Shown one piece after another: positions 1-12,404 of a stretch of DNA of 64,000 nt. Below the pieces are notes generated by a model. The model was not told the origin of the DNA. It ran no database searches and saw only the letters and a list, made by a program, of their open reading frames with translations. A program made the position numbers and the translations under genes. This DNA is from Octopus sinensis. Lineage: Eukaryota. The stretch is taken from NCBI RefSeq assembly GCF_006345805.1, contig NC_043001.1:107446001-107510000 (forward strand). Direction: 5' to 3'. The number at the start of each line of letters is the position of its first letter. Within the stretch, counting starts at the first letter, position 1.

Positions 1-104
1 TAATTTTTGTTGCAAGGCATTGAAGAGCTGTGGGCCGTTGAACCCTAGACTATTGCAGTACTTGGTCCTGAATTTAGATGTAGTAGATAGTACCTATATG
101 GGCA

Positions 105-320
105 AGGGTCAAAATTTTGACATCCCTTAAACCTTCCCCGAGTAATACCTTCATGCCAAATTTGGTGCAGATTGATCCAGAGGTTTGGAAACACACATAC
201 ACACACACACATATATACATGCATACATACACACACACATATATAATATATAGAGAGAGAGAGAATGGGAGAGAGAGAGAAAGAGAGAGAAAGAAAGAGA
301 GATTCCACGATAATTCGAAG
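105..320 (+). mobile_element. Possible non-autonomous Helitron/DINE-like 3' segment with internal microsatellite
   Basis: GCCAAATTTGGTGCAGATTGATCCAGAGGTTTGG followed by (CA)n/(GA)n resembles the core-plus-microsatellite layout of DINE-1/Lep1-type elements; termini not resolved. Confidence 0.3.
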
Positions 321-885
321 GTACTAGAATAGTTGAACAAATCTCTCCACCTAACGGTATTAGATCAAATTCAATGTTAGCACCGCCGAATTCAAAATAT
401 GAATGAGGTTCGTTTAGCTTCCCCTGCCCGCCCGCCCGCGTGTGTCTTCAAGTAAACTACTACAGGAAAAAACAAAATCTGCAATTTGTTCTCAGGGAGA
501 AAATTCTATTATCAATAATAACAAATGCCGATGAAGAATATGGTTAGTAAAGTATAATTTTATATTCTTTATGCAAAACCTAATTCAGAAACGCGCGTCC
601 ATGGATAACCAGATATTGATTGATTTTCGTTGCTTTACTCTCTGCTTGTGTGAATTATCTTCAAGTATCTTGGTTTCTCCGGGAGACCCCCTTTTAAAGT
701 AGAAGAAATAGCTAAGATTTTTGGCTGCTATTTCTAAACTTCGGTGTGTGGTGAAGCAAATCTTTGCTGAACCCTTTTTATTAGTATTACTTAAACTTAC
801 CGTGAAATGGTCCTTTTTTCAAATCGAATTCTACTTGGTGAAATTATTAATTATTTCTTAATTAATTAATTTTACCCTTTGTTAT

Positions 886-926
<41 letters not shown>

Positions 927-940
927 ATTTTTTCCTTTCT

Positions 941-1320
941 CTTTCACTTGTTTCAGTCATCTGACTGCGGCCATGCTGGAGCACCGTCTTTAGTCTAGCA
1001 AATCCACCCAGGACTTATTCTTTGTAAGCCTAGTGCTTATTCTATCGGTATCTTTTGTCGAACCGCTAAGTTACACCAGCATCGATTGTCAAGTGATGTT
1101 TTTTTTTTGGGGGGGGGGAACATAGACACACAAACATATACACACACATACTTATATATATACGTATATATACGACGGGCTTCTTTCAGTTTCCGTCCAG
1201 CAAATCCACTCACAAAGCTATAGTAGAAGACACTTGCCCAAATATGCCATGCAGCGGGAATGATCCCGAAACCATGTGGTTGGTGAGCAAGCTACTTACC
1301 ACACAGCCACTCCTGCCCCT
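941..1320 (-). mobile_element. tRNA-derived SINE family A (CORE-like central motif, internal (CA)/(TA) tract)
   Basis: Minus strand reads GGAGTGGCTGTGTGGTAAGTAGC (A box), B-box region GGTTTCGGGATCATTCCC, TTGGGCAAGTGTCTTC, and the tail shared with more than 10 copies in the window. Confidence 0.85.
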
Positions 1321-1479
1321 ATATGTCTACTAAAACAGAAAATTTCATTCGAAATAGCACTCTGGCCTGTCGATCATATCCTCTATCTTCGCAATATTCG
1401 TCTGCACACTTTCTTTCTCTCTTACTACATCCATTATCCGCTATTTAAAAATATTAAGGCTGACCTTTAATCTTACATG

Positions 1480-1670
1480 TAATTTTATACAGGTTTTATT
1501 TGTTTTTTTTCTTATACATAATTCATAAGAACAGTGCGCAGGCTTAATCGTTATAGACGCTGATAAAATGACATGCAGCAATACTACTTGTTTATGTACA
1601 AAAATGAGATCTTGTCGAGCTTTACTTAGCTGGTCTCTCTTGCTCGATCGATAAAATAAAATACGAATCA
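1480..1670 (-). pseudogene. Possible hAT transposase C-terminal remnant
   Basis: ORF 1441-1767 contains SKRDQLSKARQDLIFVH, resembling the KRNRL..LVFVH end of the hAT dimerisation domain; weak. Confidence 0.25.
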
Positions 1671-1695
1671 AGAACTGAGGATGATTTAGTCGGCT

Positions 1696-1843
1696 AAATT
1701 TCTCCAAATTTCTCCAAATTTCTCTAAATTTCTCCAAATTTCTCCAAATTTCTCCAAATTTCTCCAAATTTCTCTAAATTTCTCCAAATTTCTCCAAATT
1801 TCTCCAAATTTCTCCAAATTTCTCCAAATTTCTCTAAATTTCT
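1696..1843. repeat. 10-bp minisatellite (AAATTTCTCC)x~15
   Basis: Direct reading; AAATTTCTCT variant at units 3, 8 and 14. Confidence 0.95.
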
Positions 1844-2139
1844 GCGTGCTTCAGAAACAACTCAATACAAGTCACGTATGAGCTTATTGTTTTAATACAT
1901 TACCTTCACATCTATTTCATATTAGACATATTTACATGCTGTTCGTCGTAAACCCTTCATTATGCATACGTTTAGATGTGTGAGTGTGTGTGTCTGCGCG
2001 ATGTGTGAGTATGTGTGTGTGTGTGTGTGCTTGTGTATGTGTGTGTGTCTTTGTGTGTGTGTGTGTGTGTTTGTGTGTGTGTATGTGTGTGTGTGTTGTG
2101 TTTGTGTGTGTGTGTGTGTCGTGTTTGTGTGTGTGTCTG

Positions 2140-2352
2140 TACTGCAAAGTAGCTGGCTTTGGGTATAAGAAAATTCAGGCGGATCAGTTAATTATGATTT
2201 TCTTCAACATATTCTCCCTCTCAGATTCACACACGCATATTGCATCCGACCTTCAGCTTTTCTGATCCCTGTAAAAGAAGTCGGAAGGTTGAACTTCCAG
2301 CCAGGCCTTTCAGGAGACCATTAAAGCCAGGAGCTTTCAGCACCCCGTCGTA
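2140..2352 (-). mobile_element. Mariner-derived MITE
   Basis: Minus strand starts TACGACGGGGTGCTGAAAG and retains the last transposase codons (KLKVGCNMRV..RGRIC-like, GTGAATCTGAGAGGGAGAATATGTTGAA); homologous to 50205-50424. Confidence 0.7.
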
Positions 2353-2609
2353 TATGCGTATGTATGTATATATGTATAGACGTGTATGTGTGTGTTCGTG
2401 ACAAAGAGAGAGTTTATTTGTTAAATTACTTTTAAACCAACTCACTACCTTACGGGTTTACACCCAAATCATTTCAAAGTTATATTTACATCTTATTTCT
2501 ATTATTCCGCCGTCTACCTTCTACATACATTGACCATGTGCCATTTGATGACCATTAAAATTCTTAGGCCTTTGGAGGAGAGGTGAGATGTTTCTTGATC
2601 ATAAAGGAT

Positions 2610-2674
2610 CTACGGTAATACTTCAAAGTAGGAGTTCATTTGTTTATACGAGTTAATTTGTTCCCAGAGACCGC
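2610..2674 (-). CDS. Candidate exon (phase 1) GLWEQINSYKQMNSYFEVLP*
   Basis: Acceptor TTTTCGCTTTACAG; the longest open frame is the one matching the phase-1 donor at 3921. Confidence 0.2.
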
Positions 2675-2904
2675 CTGTAAAGCGAAAACTCCCAAAGCAG
2701 AGCAATAATTTCTCATAGTAGCAATGAAATTTTATGCCGTCTTTTTACTCTGCCGCTGTGTAAGACACGTCAGAACCAGTGTTGCTATTTGTTACGACGT
2801 TGCCACACACACACAACATGGCTGTTTAACCCATTATATTTATCACAAAATAAAACTCGTACACACGGGGTCTCGTAAAACGGGTCCTCGTAAAGTACCT
2901 ATTA

Positions 2905-3510
2905 GGTACCTGTTTCATCACATACAACGAGACTGGAACAAAATTTCGTACAACGAAACTGGAAAAAAAATTTCGTATCTGTTATTGGTTTCCAACAGAT
3001 CGGAGCACACCTCCATACCCACCTTCAAACCGCTTCAAATTTTGCGTCAACTGCCAAATCACCCACACCGCACTCACTTTCCGATATCCAAAGTTTTATA
3101 TCATTGCTCATCACACTACAGTTGTGCAACGAGGTCAAGGATTGTGACTCATCCTTTCACAAGAATCGATTTATTCACTCATTGACGATTCATGTCAGCG
3201 GTAGCAGCTGGCGATCTCCTGCTGCCTGTTTTGTCTGCCTTGCTGGCTTCTCCTTCTGTAAACTTCTTCATTCGTCTGTGTCCATTGCTCTCAGCAATGA
3301 ATCGTCTCCGTGAACAACCTGTAGCATTTTGTGGACGACATTTTGTGTGCCTGGTCATCAATCATGGCGGCACGTTACTATTGCTTGGAAACTATCATGT
3401 AGAAGAGTAAGTGGCAAATAGAAGAAGAATTACTCAACCAGCATGAGCAATATGAACGACTCTTGTTACGCCCATGTTTTCATTGATTTCGGCAAAACCT
3501 ACGTAAATAT
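2905..3510 (-). pseudogene. Highly degenerate mariner transposase (HTH to first catalytic Asp)
   Basis: Frameshifted minus-strand pieces HKMLQVVHGDDSL, KKFTEGEASKADKTGSRRSPAATAD, GYRKVSAVWVIWQLT (WVPRxL-like) and VVCDET. Confidence 0.65.
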
Positions 3511-3573
3511 GGGTGTGTGCCTCTATACATACATACATACATACATACATACATACATACATACATACATACA

Positions 3574-3604
<31 letters not shown>

Positions 3605-3920
3605 GATTGTTTATGAGTATATTTATAAATCCCAAAGTATTCTTTTTCCGAATGATTCATTAGGTAACTCATGCACACAAATAATCGACGTATAAACGTG
3701 CGTTTGATGTGGCATAAATAACACACAGCATTCAAGAGTAATAGTTTACGAACGTGCGAGTACCTATATAAGTGATTATGCACAGGTGTGTGTATACGTA
3801 TGTACAGGTGTGTGTATATGTTTGAAGTATTGTTACTGATAAGCTATCAGCAAAACAGCAAGTTATAGGTTAACACCCATACAGGCTCATAATCAACGGG
3901 ACGAATTGGTAAAGACATAC

Positions 3921-4002
3921 CGTGACATGATCGGAACAGTGCTTCAGTTTTCTGCGCAGTGATTTCAATTCCAGTCAAGGTCAGCTTTATCATTCCAGGA
4001 AC
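3921..4002 (-). CDS. Candidate internal exon of an unidentified gene: VPGMIKLTLTGIEITAQKTEALFRSCH
   Basis: Acceptor CTTTTGTTTGTCATTTTATTTATAG, donor ACG|GTATGT; 82 nt, only frame 0 is open end to end; could instead be mostly 5'UTR. Confidence 0.5.
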
Positions 4003-4604
4003 CTATAAATAAAATGACAAACAAAAGTGGTAGATTAGCAAAGTTGATAAGGCGTTGGTCGAGATATCTTTCTTTTCTTCCCGTTTCTTTTCTTTTTTGT
4101 CTTTCCTTTTTTCGTTCTAATGGCATAACGACATAATACTGTTGTCTGTCTATATCGATCAACTCGTGTCTTCTTGGACAACATCGGTGGCACAAAAAAG
4201 AGACTTCTATACGTGCGTGACTTCGGGATTTCTTCACACGAGTGTGGTGATATATATAAATATATATATGCACACAGTAACACACATGCAGAAATATACG
4301 CACGCACACACACACACATACACACACACACACCACACGCACACAAAGGCACACACACACACACACTCACAAGTAAGCACATAAGTGCATTATAAGATGG
4401 AAGAAATAGTACTCGGATACCAAAGATTTTATTTTATTAAAGCCGTAAAACTTCCGAGTAACCGCATGTGAAGTTTCCTTAGGTCTTAATAGTGTGTGTG
4501 TGTGTTTATATATATATATATTAATATATATCAATGTATATATATATCTATGTATGTATATATACAGAGAAGGATAGCTAGATGGGTAGATGTATTGCAC
4601 TTTT

Positions 4605-4825
4605 ACTCTTTACTCTTTTACTTGTTTCAGTCATGTGACTGTGGCCATGCTAGAGCACCGCCTTAATCGAGCAAATCGACTCCAGGACTTATTCTTAGTA
4701 AGCCTAGTACTTATTATATCGGTATCTTTTGCCGAACCGCTATGTTACGGGGACGTTAACGCACCATCATCGGTTGTCAAGCGAATTGGGGGGGGGGGGC
4801 ACAAAAACACATACACACACACATA

Positions 4826-4887
<62 letters not shown>

Positions 4888-4924
4888 TATACATGCATAT
4901 ATATATACATACACACACACACAT

Positions 4925-4970
<46 letters not shown>

Positions 4971-5131
4971 GACGGGCTTCTTTAAGTTTGCGTCTACCTA
5001 ATCCACTCACAAGGTTTTGGTCGGCCCGAGGCTATAGTAGAAGACACTTGCTCAAAGTGCCACGCAGTGGGACTGAACCCGGAACCATGTGCCTGAGAAG
5101 CAAGCTACTTACCACATAGCCACTCCTACGC
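4605..5131 (-). mobile_element. SINE family A, near full length
   Basis: Complete head, CORE-like motif, expanded internal (TA)/(CA)/(TCTA) tract, TTTTACTCTTTTAC tail. Confidence 0.9.
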
Positions 5132-7227
5132 TATTAAGAGTACAACATACATATATGGTTTGCTATTCAGTAGACATATGCTGTAGTCGTATAATTTCAG
5201 GCTGGAGAGAACAGTTTTCAACTGTCACAAATGAAGTACTGTGGCCATTAACCGAATATTTATGTTAATGAACGAGATATTAATAATACATTATATATTT
5301 CCACTAATTCAAAACCAAACAGAAGTGTTTATTCACCGTGTTGTTGACATCATAAATATTTATATCCTTCGAGGGAGTATGAATTAATTATTATTCTTAT
5401 TAGAGCAGTGTATCTCGAAGTAAGAAGAACTATAATTTGTCGCATCTATGTATTGAGTAAAAATTCCTTTGGATAGAAATTATCGAAGGCTACCCATGAG
5501 TCACGAACTCACACTCCCTGTATACCCACAGGGTTTTAAAACCAATATTTACAGACTATCATTTACAGTTCTGTTTGCTTCAATGTATAGTGTTCTAAAT
5601 GAAAAATTGTTGGATCTTCTACATTCTACAAGTGTCCGAAGTTTGAAAGTGTTTAGTTACAAAAAATTATTTTTAAAATCTGTCGGTCAAAAGATAAAGA
5701 TCCAAATTGTTCAGTGTAAGACAATAGTTGAATTCTCTTCACCACAACTGTGTATTTCGCATCTATGAAACGTGATCTTTAACGTTTATTACCGAATGCA
5801 AATAGAAATTTCATCTAATGTATTTGTCAATTTGGCCTTTAATTCTTTGCCTCATTCATTGGCACAGAATCTATTGTTGCATTGAATCACCCGTTGTTGT
5901 TTTACCCTCGAAATCTCTGTCCAATCACCTTATGGAAATATGGTTTCCATCAGGTGAATAGCAGAATCGGTGGAGTGTCAAGAAATTAGGCAGATTTAAT
6001 GGACTATTTTCTACCTGCAAATGTTTAACTGTATGCCTACATCAGAAATCATTACGTTTCGGATCCGGATGACGGACGGCAGAACTAGTCGCTTAGTCTC
6101 TTAATAATCGACATTCGAATTCTGCGGGATTGCTTTTTTACTTTTCATTTTTTTCGGTCAATATACTAAAATACCATAAATCTTTAGTTAAATATATTCA
6201 ATGAGAATATTATATACTGAATTTATAATGAGTGCTCTATTGTATCAAAGTATTAATACTACTAAAGTATTTATATATTTAATACGAGCGATATATACAT
6301 ATATATATTTTTAAATAATATATTATCATTATTAATAAAAGGAAATCAATATCAAAACTCCTCAGAAACATATACACGTGTGAAAATAGTTGTTGTATTA
6401 AAAATATATAAATGAATAAATATAGATATGTATAAGAATATATGTAAATATATGTAAGTATAAATATATAATGTATATGACAGTTTAGAAGTTTTGAATT
6501 AATTATTTAAAGCATCTTACGATCGATTCAGTGATATACCGGGGTAAACATATGGGATTATATTCAACCCGCAAATTTGTAACATTTTGGCAATGCTCGA
6601 AAGCATGTTGACCTTACCAAATCTTGTTCAAATCACAGAAAACCAAGTTAAGTAGTGAAGAAAGTGTCGGATGATATTGTTTTTGACACTGTGTTCAAAA
6701 GCAAAGAGATGGATGTTAGTAATGCTTTGATCTTGAGGATGAGCTGAGTTCAAACAACAGCAGCCGCAATAACAACAACAACAACAGCGATGACGACGAC
6801 GACGACAACGACGACGGGATAATAGTCACACAAACACCAACCAATGAACATTTGATAAAAGTTCTTTCCGTGTCACATTCCACAGTGGTTACTGATCGCA
6901 GTAAAGGGAGTGACTTATCATAAACACATTTCTAGAAATTTGTATAATACCTTTATTGTATTTTTACCTTTATTTTTTATTATCAAATACAACAGATAAA
7001 GGATATAAATATTTTGTGTATATACAAAAAAAAAAAAAAAACATTTATATCATTTATCTGTTTTATGCGATAATAAAAAATAAAGGTAAAAATACAAAAA
7101 AGAGCGTTCTACAAATATCCAGAAATTTGTTTATGATAAGTTACTCCTTTTACTGTAACCAGTAACCACTGTGGAATGTGGATATACAAGGGGTGCGAGT
7201 CACGAACTCACACCCCCTGTATATCCA

Positions 7228-7358
7228 CGAATATGGAGAACTTGTAAGTGGCCAAGGGAATGGAAGAGGTCAGTTTTCATCCCAATACAAAAGAAAAGAG
7301 ACACCAAGGACTGCGCAAACTACCGTACCCTCACCCTGATCCCTCATGTAAGCAAAGC
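7228..7358 (+). pseudogene. RTE-clade (BovB-like) reverse transcriptase fragment
   Basis: IWRTCKWPREWKRSVFIPIQKKRDTKDCANYRTLTLIPHVSK matches the RTE W..S.FIPI.KK....C.NYR.I.LI.H.SK motif. Confidence 0.85.
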
Positions 7359-7359
7359 G

Positions 7360-7425
7360 GGTCTGAACCCGGAACCATGTGGTTCGTAAGTAAGCGAACT
7401 TAACACACAGCCACTCCTACGCTTC
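7360..7425 (-). mobile_element. SINE family A head fragment
   Basis: CTGAACCCGGAACCATGTGG...ACACAGCCACTCCTACGC identical in layout to other copies. Confidence 0.8.
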
Positions 7426-8584
7426 TGATAGGTTCCTATGGAGGAAATGCATGAAAACTCTACCCCAACAACCCTTTCGAGTTTAGTGGGTGGAAAAGGT
7501 GGATGGGTGTATTTTTATTGTTATTCCTTGACAACATAAAATCAGCAGTTTTAAAATTGGGTGTTTCTTTTATTAACCTGCTACAATTTAAATCATATGT
7601 ATTTAGTAATTTCTTAATTCGGTGACAGATGATTAATACACGGTTTTACTTCTGACATGGAAAGTAAAACTCACAAAATATTATTAATGGATTATAACAA
7701 ATACGGTCGCATGGTTATATTTTCTTCATTACTCAAGAATATTTCAGTGATGCATATTTCGTGGGACATCAGATATAAATCAGAGTTGAAATGAATTAAA
7801 ATTCAGGTACACCAGCGATTTTCCGGATGATGAAGGTCCTGAACCTCTTTCAATCAACATAATTTACATTAATGGACAGATTTCTGTATTTCATTTATTT
7901 TAGTAAATTTAATATTTGTTTAATTGCTGACAATCCCTGGATCGGAAAAAACCCCAGTTATCCGAAAAGGCAACTGAATTACAAAATGTTCGCGAAACTC
8001 GACGTTTAAGGGTTTTCGGTGCCACAATAGCTACTAGCCGCATCAGAGTCCGTCAGGAGAATATGTCGGTCTAAATTACCCGTTTCATATTTTCCACTCC
8101 AACGGCTGACTTTTTACTTTCACTAACTTCAATTATATTTCAATGATAATTAGATAAGTTTGATATGTTTCGGCCAAAGATTAGCCAAGGCCATGTCTAA
8201 CTTAATAGCCCCACCTAAATGATGACGATGGCATTCCATATATTATCCATAGAAACCTGAGAATTCCTCTCTAATTGAATGGACGCAAGTTAATAAGATG
8301 CATCTACTTCCTAAATTGCTCAGCTTAGACATTTATATTTAACGTAATACATTGCGTAATTGATTCACACGCATATGACGTAAATATCACCAGGTATAAA
8401 ACCATGTGTCAAGGCTAAATACACTACCGTCATGATAGCGTTTTCACTCAAATATACATGTATCTGGTGCATGTATATATACATATATGCATATCACACC
8501 TATATAAGTTCCTATATATATACATACATATATATATATATAATATAATATATATATAGATATATATATTATATATACATATAC

Positions 8585-8638
<54 letters not shown>

Positions 8639-8683
8639 CATATTATATATAACATATATATATATACATATATATATATATAC

Positions 8684-8719
<36 letters not shown>

Positions 8720-9000
8720 GTGAAGAAATAGAAAGATGAATAATCTTGTAGTAAAGATTAATCAACAGTTTAAAACCGATACCTTAGTAGCAAAATCACA
8801 GCAGTAAACACACGGTTGGAGGTACAACCATCTGGCGTTGCAACCGTGCGTTGGTGCGGATAATTGAAATTAAAACATTATTGGTGAATTGAAGAAATGG
8901 AGCTGAACGCAGATTGAACAGAAATCGTTTAGAATGAAATAAAACGATTTCTGTTCAATCTGCGTTCAGCTCCATTTCTTCAATTCACAATAATGTTTTA
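8720..9000. repeat. Fold-back element between (TA)n tracts; ~60-bp inverted repeat 8871-8930/8942-9000
   Basis: 47-bp perfect arms 8884-8930 and 8942-8988, extendable past a 1-nt bulge; 11-nt spacer. Confidence 0.9.
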
Positions 9001-9049
9001 TATATATATATATATATTAAGGACATTACTATACACAATGCCTCACGAT

Positions 9050-9149
9050 NNNNNNNNNNNNNNNNNNNNNNNNNNNNNNNNNNNNNNNNNNNNNNNNNNN
9101 NNNNNNNNNNNNNNNNNNNNNNNNNNNNNNNNNNNNNNNNNNNNNNNNN
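9050..9149. other. Assembly gap (100 N)
   Basis: Run of exactly 100 N. Confidence 1.
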
Positions 9150-10493
9150 TATATATATGTGTGTGTGTGTATAATATATATTTAAGCTAACAGAATCTGT
9201 AACGATATATCACTGAAAATGGCTCAGAGAAAAATGAATGAAGACATATTCGATTTTATAATCCTATTTTTTATGTATTTCAATGGAAATATATTCAAAA
9301 TTCAAACTCCATACTATGCTACCGGTCCACCTGAAGCGCTTCACCGCGCTTTCTTTTCATAATGACTCACCGTCTTTGTATCTCAGAAAATGCTCAGCTC
9401 ACCTCTACCCCTCCACTCACATACATACACAATCTTTCGCAGGACAATGAGTGGCTCTGTCACCATTTTTCATGCTTGAAGTATGTCTCTCGAATCTCAT
9501 TTACTTCAAAACACACCCCGTATGAGAATGCGGGATAAAATCTATTAAAGTCGTCACACGGTTTTCCTATAATTTAGACCCCACCTCATTCCATAGAAAA
9601 CTGAAATGTTTTCGAATGTTCGAGGATGTGCTCGATCAAGTTTGACGTAAGCCGATGCAACAAATAACGAGGCGCATTTTTAAACCAAGTTAAATACTAC
9701 AAAGAAAAAAAACCCGAGTCAACGAAGAAGCCCTTACTTGGTCGTTCGTCTTGCTAGAAATAGCAGTCACACCATCCATATGTTGCACTTATAGTTTAAT
9801 AAAATAAAACAAGGATCTAATGGACATAGAATAGAAGATCCTGACACAATGTATGCGTGTATAAAGGCTTGTTAAGCGCGGAGTATCTTTGTTCGTCTTC
9901 GATCGTATATTTTCCAACCTATTTAGCAATCTGCTAAGAGCTATTTGGCTATTCACATTTCTAAGAAAATATCCATGAAAACAACGTACGCTTGTACATA
10001 CGTCAGTATGCGTATAATAGGTATGCATATAGTATGCAAATATGTATGTATATAATGAGCGTATATTGAATGATGCGTGTATAAATACATTCATATATGG
10101 ATGTGTGTGTTTATGAAGTTATGCATGTGTTTATGTGTGTCTGAAACACTCGACTTATTAAGGTTTGGATTTGACGTGTAAATGAGGTCAAATACTTCAG
10201 ATTGTTATGTAGTGAGTTTATGAACATTATAAAGGAATATTAAAATGTGCTGTAACCATTCTACTAATTCGTATCCTATATTACAGCCTAATTCATAGAG
10301 CGTGATCAACGCGTGTACGTAATATAAACACCTGGCGATGTTAGGAGGCAAATAACGTCCAGGTATTGATTCGGTCCCCAACATTTCGCTTCGTTTATAA
10401 CTTGAATCAACTTAGTAAAAGAAGAACCACATTTTTTAACATATCATACACATATGTTCCACTAGGGGATAGTCTGTAGCTCCAATTTTTTGT

Positions 10494-10666
10494 AGGCGCA
10501 GGAGCGGCTGTGTGGTAAGTAGCTTGCTTCCCAGCCACATGGTTCCCGGTTCAGTCCCGTTGCGTGGCACCTTGGGTAAGTGTCTTCTACTATAGACTCG
10601 GGCCGACCAAAGCCTTGTGAGTGGATTTGGTAGACGGAAACTGAAAGAAGCCCATCGTATATATAT

Positions 10667-10698
<32 letters not shown>

Positions 10699-10907
10699 GT
10701 TTGTGTGTCTGTGCTTGTCCCTCCGCCATCGCTTTGACAACCGATGTTGGTGTGTTTACGTTCCCGTAACTTAGCGGTTCGAAAAGAGTGACCGATAGAA
10801 TAAGTACTAGGCTTACAAAGAATAAGTCTTGGGGTCGATTTGTTCGACTAAAGGCGGTGCTCCAGCATGGTGACAGTTAAATGATTGAAACAATTAAAAG
10901 AGTAAAA
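10494..10907 (+). mobile_element. SINE family A, full length
   Basis: AGGCGCAGGAGCGGCTGTGTGGTAAG head, GGTTCAGTCCC B box, CCTTGGGTAAGTGTCTT, tail ending AAAAGAGTAAAA. Confidence 0.9.
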
Positions 10908-10955
10908 TAGCAACCTTCGACACAAGTGTAATCGACACACCTGTAGTCGACACAA

Positions 10956-11006
<51 letters not shown>

Positions 11007-11039
11007 ACTTCTCACAAAAGCACATATAAGTAATTTTAG

Positions 11040-11615
11040 ATTAGACTGAAGTATATATTTTAGAAATATTTACGGGACAATGGTTGACAATCACTTCGAA
11101 GTTTCGGCTTAATCACTGTCATCAGATTATTTTATTTTGGTTCCTTCTGGCTTTAATTAATTGCTTTTTTCTTTTCTTATTGTTCTCTTGGCAAGTGTTC
11201 CTTTAGTAGAGAGAGAGTAATGGTGATGAGAAGTAGGTGGGATGTAGATCAGCTGGAGAAGACCGGTCAGGTCAGGCATGGGGATATGTGCCGTTGTACC
11301 GCGTCGCCGCATCCACCATTCATCGGTATTTGATCGGATCGTCTGGCCAACCCTCCGATCAATGTCCTAGCTAGTCCCTACCTTCGCGAGTTATCTTCTC
11401 ATCCGGCGTGAACATGTGGCATATAGCCGACCAACACGAGCTGTCATCCCAGCCGGATCGTCAGAGAAGGGAATATGATGCGTATAATCCATCGTAGATG
11501 ATTAAGCAACAGATCGAAGAGTCTGAGTTGACGCTCTAGAGTCATGAAAGCAACAGGATGAATCCCGGTTTCTGAGTATAGTCGTTGGTCAGATACAAAA
11601 TCTAACCGGCAGAAG

Positions 11616-11630
<15 letters not shown>
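11040..11630 (-). mobile_element. PLE-like repeat with degenerate minimal hammerhead at 11087-11130
   Basis: Minus: ATAAT CTGATGA CAGTGATTAAGCC GAAA CTTCGAAG T G ATTGT; palindromic stem III ACTTCGAAGT; element limits approximate. Confidence 0.5.
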
Positions 11631-11657
<27 letters not shown>

Positions 11658-11678
11658 AATCTATCTATCTATCTATCA

Positions 11679-11738
<60 letters not shown>

Positions 11739-11768
11739 AAAGCAATCCATTCTTGTTGTTCTTTCTCG

Positions 11769-11800
<32 letters not shown>

Positions 11801-11893
11801 ATATATATATATCTTATATATATATATATATATATATCTAGCTAGCTATCTGTCCGTCCATATGTCTGTCTGTCTCTCTCTCTCTCTCTCCCA

Positions 11894-11928
<35 letters not shown>

Positions 11929-11931
<3 letters not shown>

Positions 11932-12077
11932 TGTGTGGTAAGTAGCTTGTATACCAATCACATGGTTCCGGGTTCAGTCCCACTGCGTGGCACCTTGGGC
12001 AATGTCTTTACTATAGCCTCGGGCAGACCAAAGCCTTGTGAGTGGATTTGGTAGACGGAAACTGAAAGAAGCCCGTC

Positions 12078-12129
<52 letters not shown>

Positions 12130-12215
12130 ATATGTTTGTGTGTCTGTGTTTGTCCCCTAGCATGCTTGACAACCAATGCTGGTGTGTTTATGTCCACGTT
12201 ACTTAGCGGTTCGAT
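11929..12215 (+). mobile_element. SINE family A, 3'-truncated
   Basis: Head, B box and CORE-like motif followed by (TA)n and part of the tail. Confidence 0.85.
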
Positions 12216-12324
12216 ACATATATACACATACACACATATATATATATATCTGTCTATGTATCCATCCATCAATCTATCTGTCTGTCTGTATACCTATCTA
12301 CGCATCTACGCACGCACATACATC

Positions 12325-12396
<72 letters not shown>

Positions 12397-12404
12397 TATA
12401 TAAT

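Noticed and set aside
43-57. 14-bp match CCTAGACTATTGCA with ~17363
   Set aside because: No extension on either side; compatible with chance
1675-1700. CTGAGGA/CTGATGA hits at ~1675, ~37768, ~42636, ~56855 and ~59783
   Set aside because: No properly placed GAAA, stem III and stem I, so not hammerheads
5940-6016. Open minus-strand stretch VENSPLNLPNFLTLHRF between AG and GT
   Set aside because: Poor polypyrimidine tract and weak donor
9738-9787. 50-nt candidate exon (QHMDGVTAISSKTNDQ) with strong donor AA|GTAAGG
   Set aside because: AAG acceptor with weak context and no phase-compatible upstream exon identified
10494-10570. tRNA genes at SINE heads (families A, B, C)
   Set aside because: A/B boxes present but no complete cloverleaf; each continues into a SINE body
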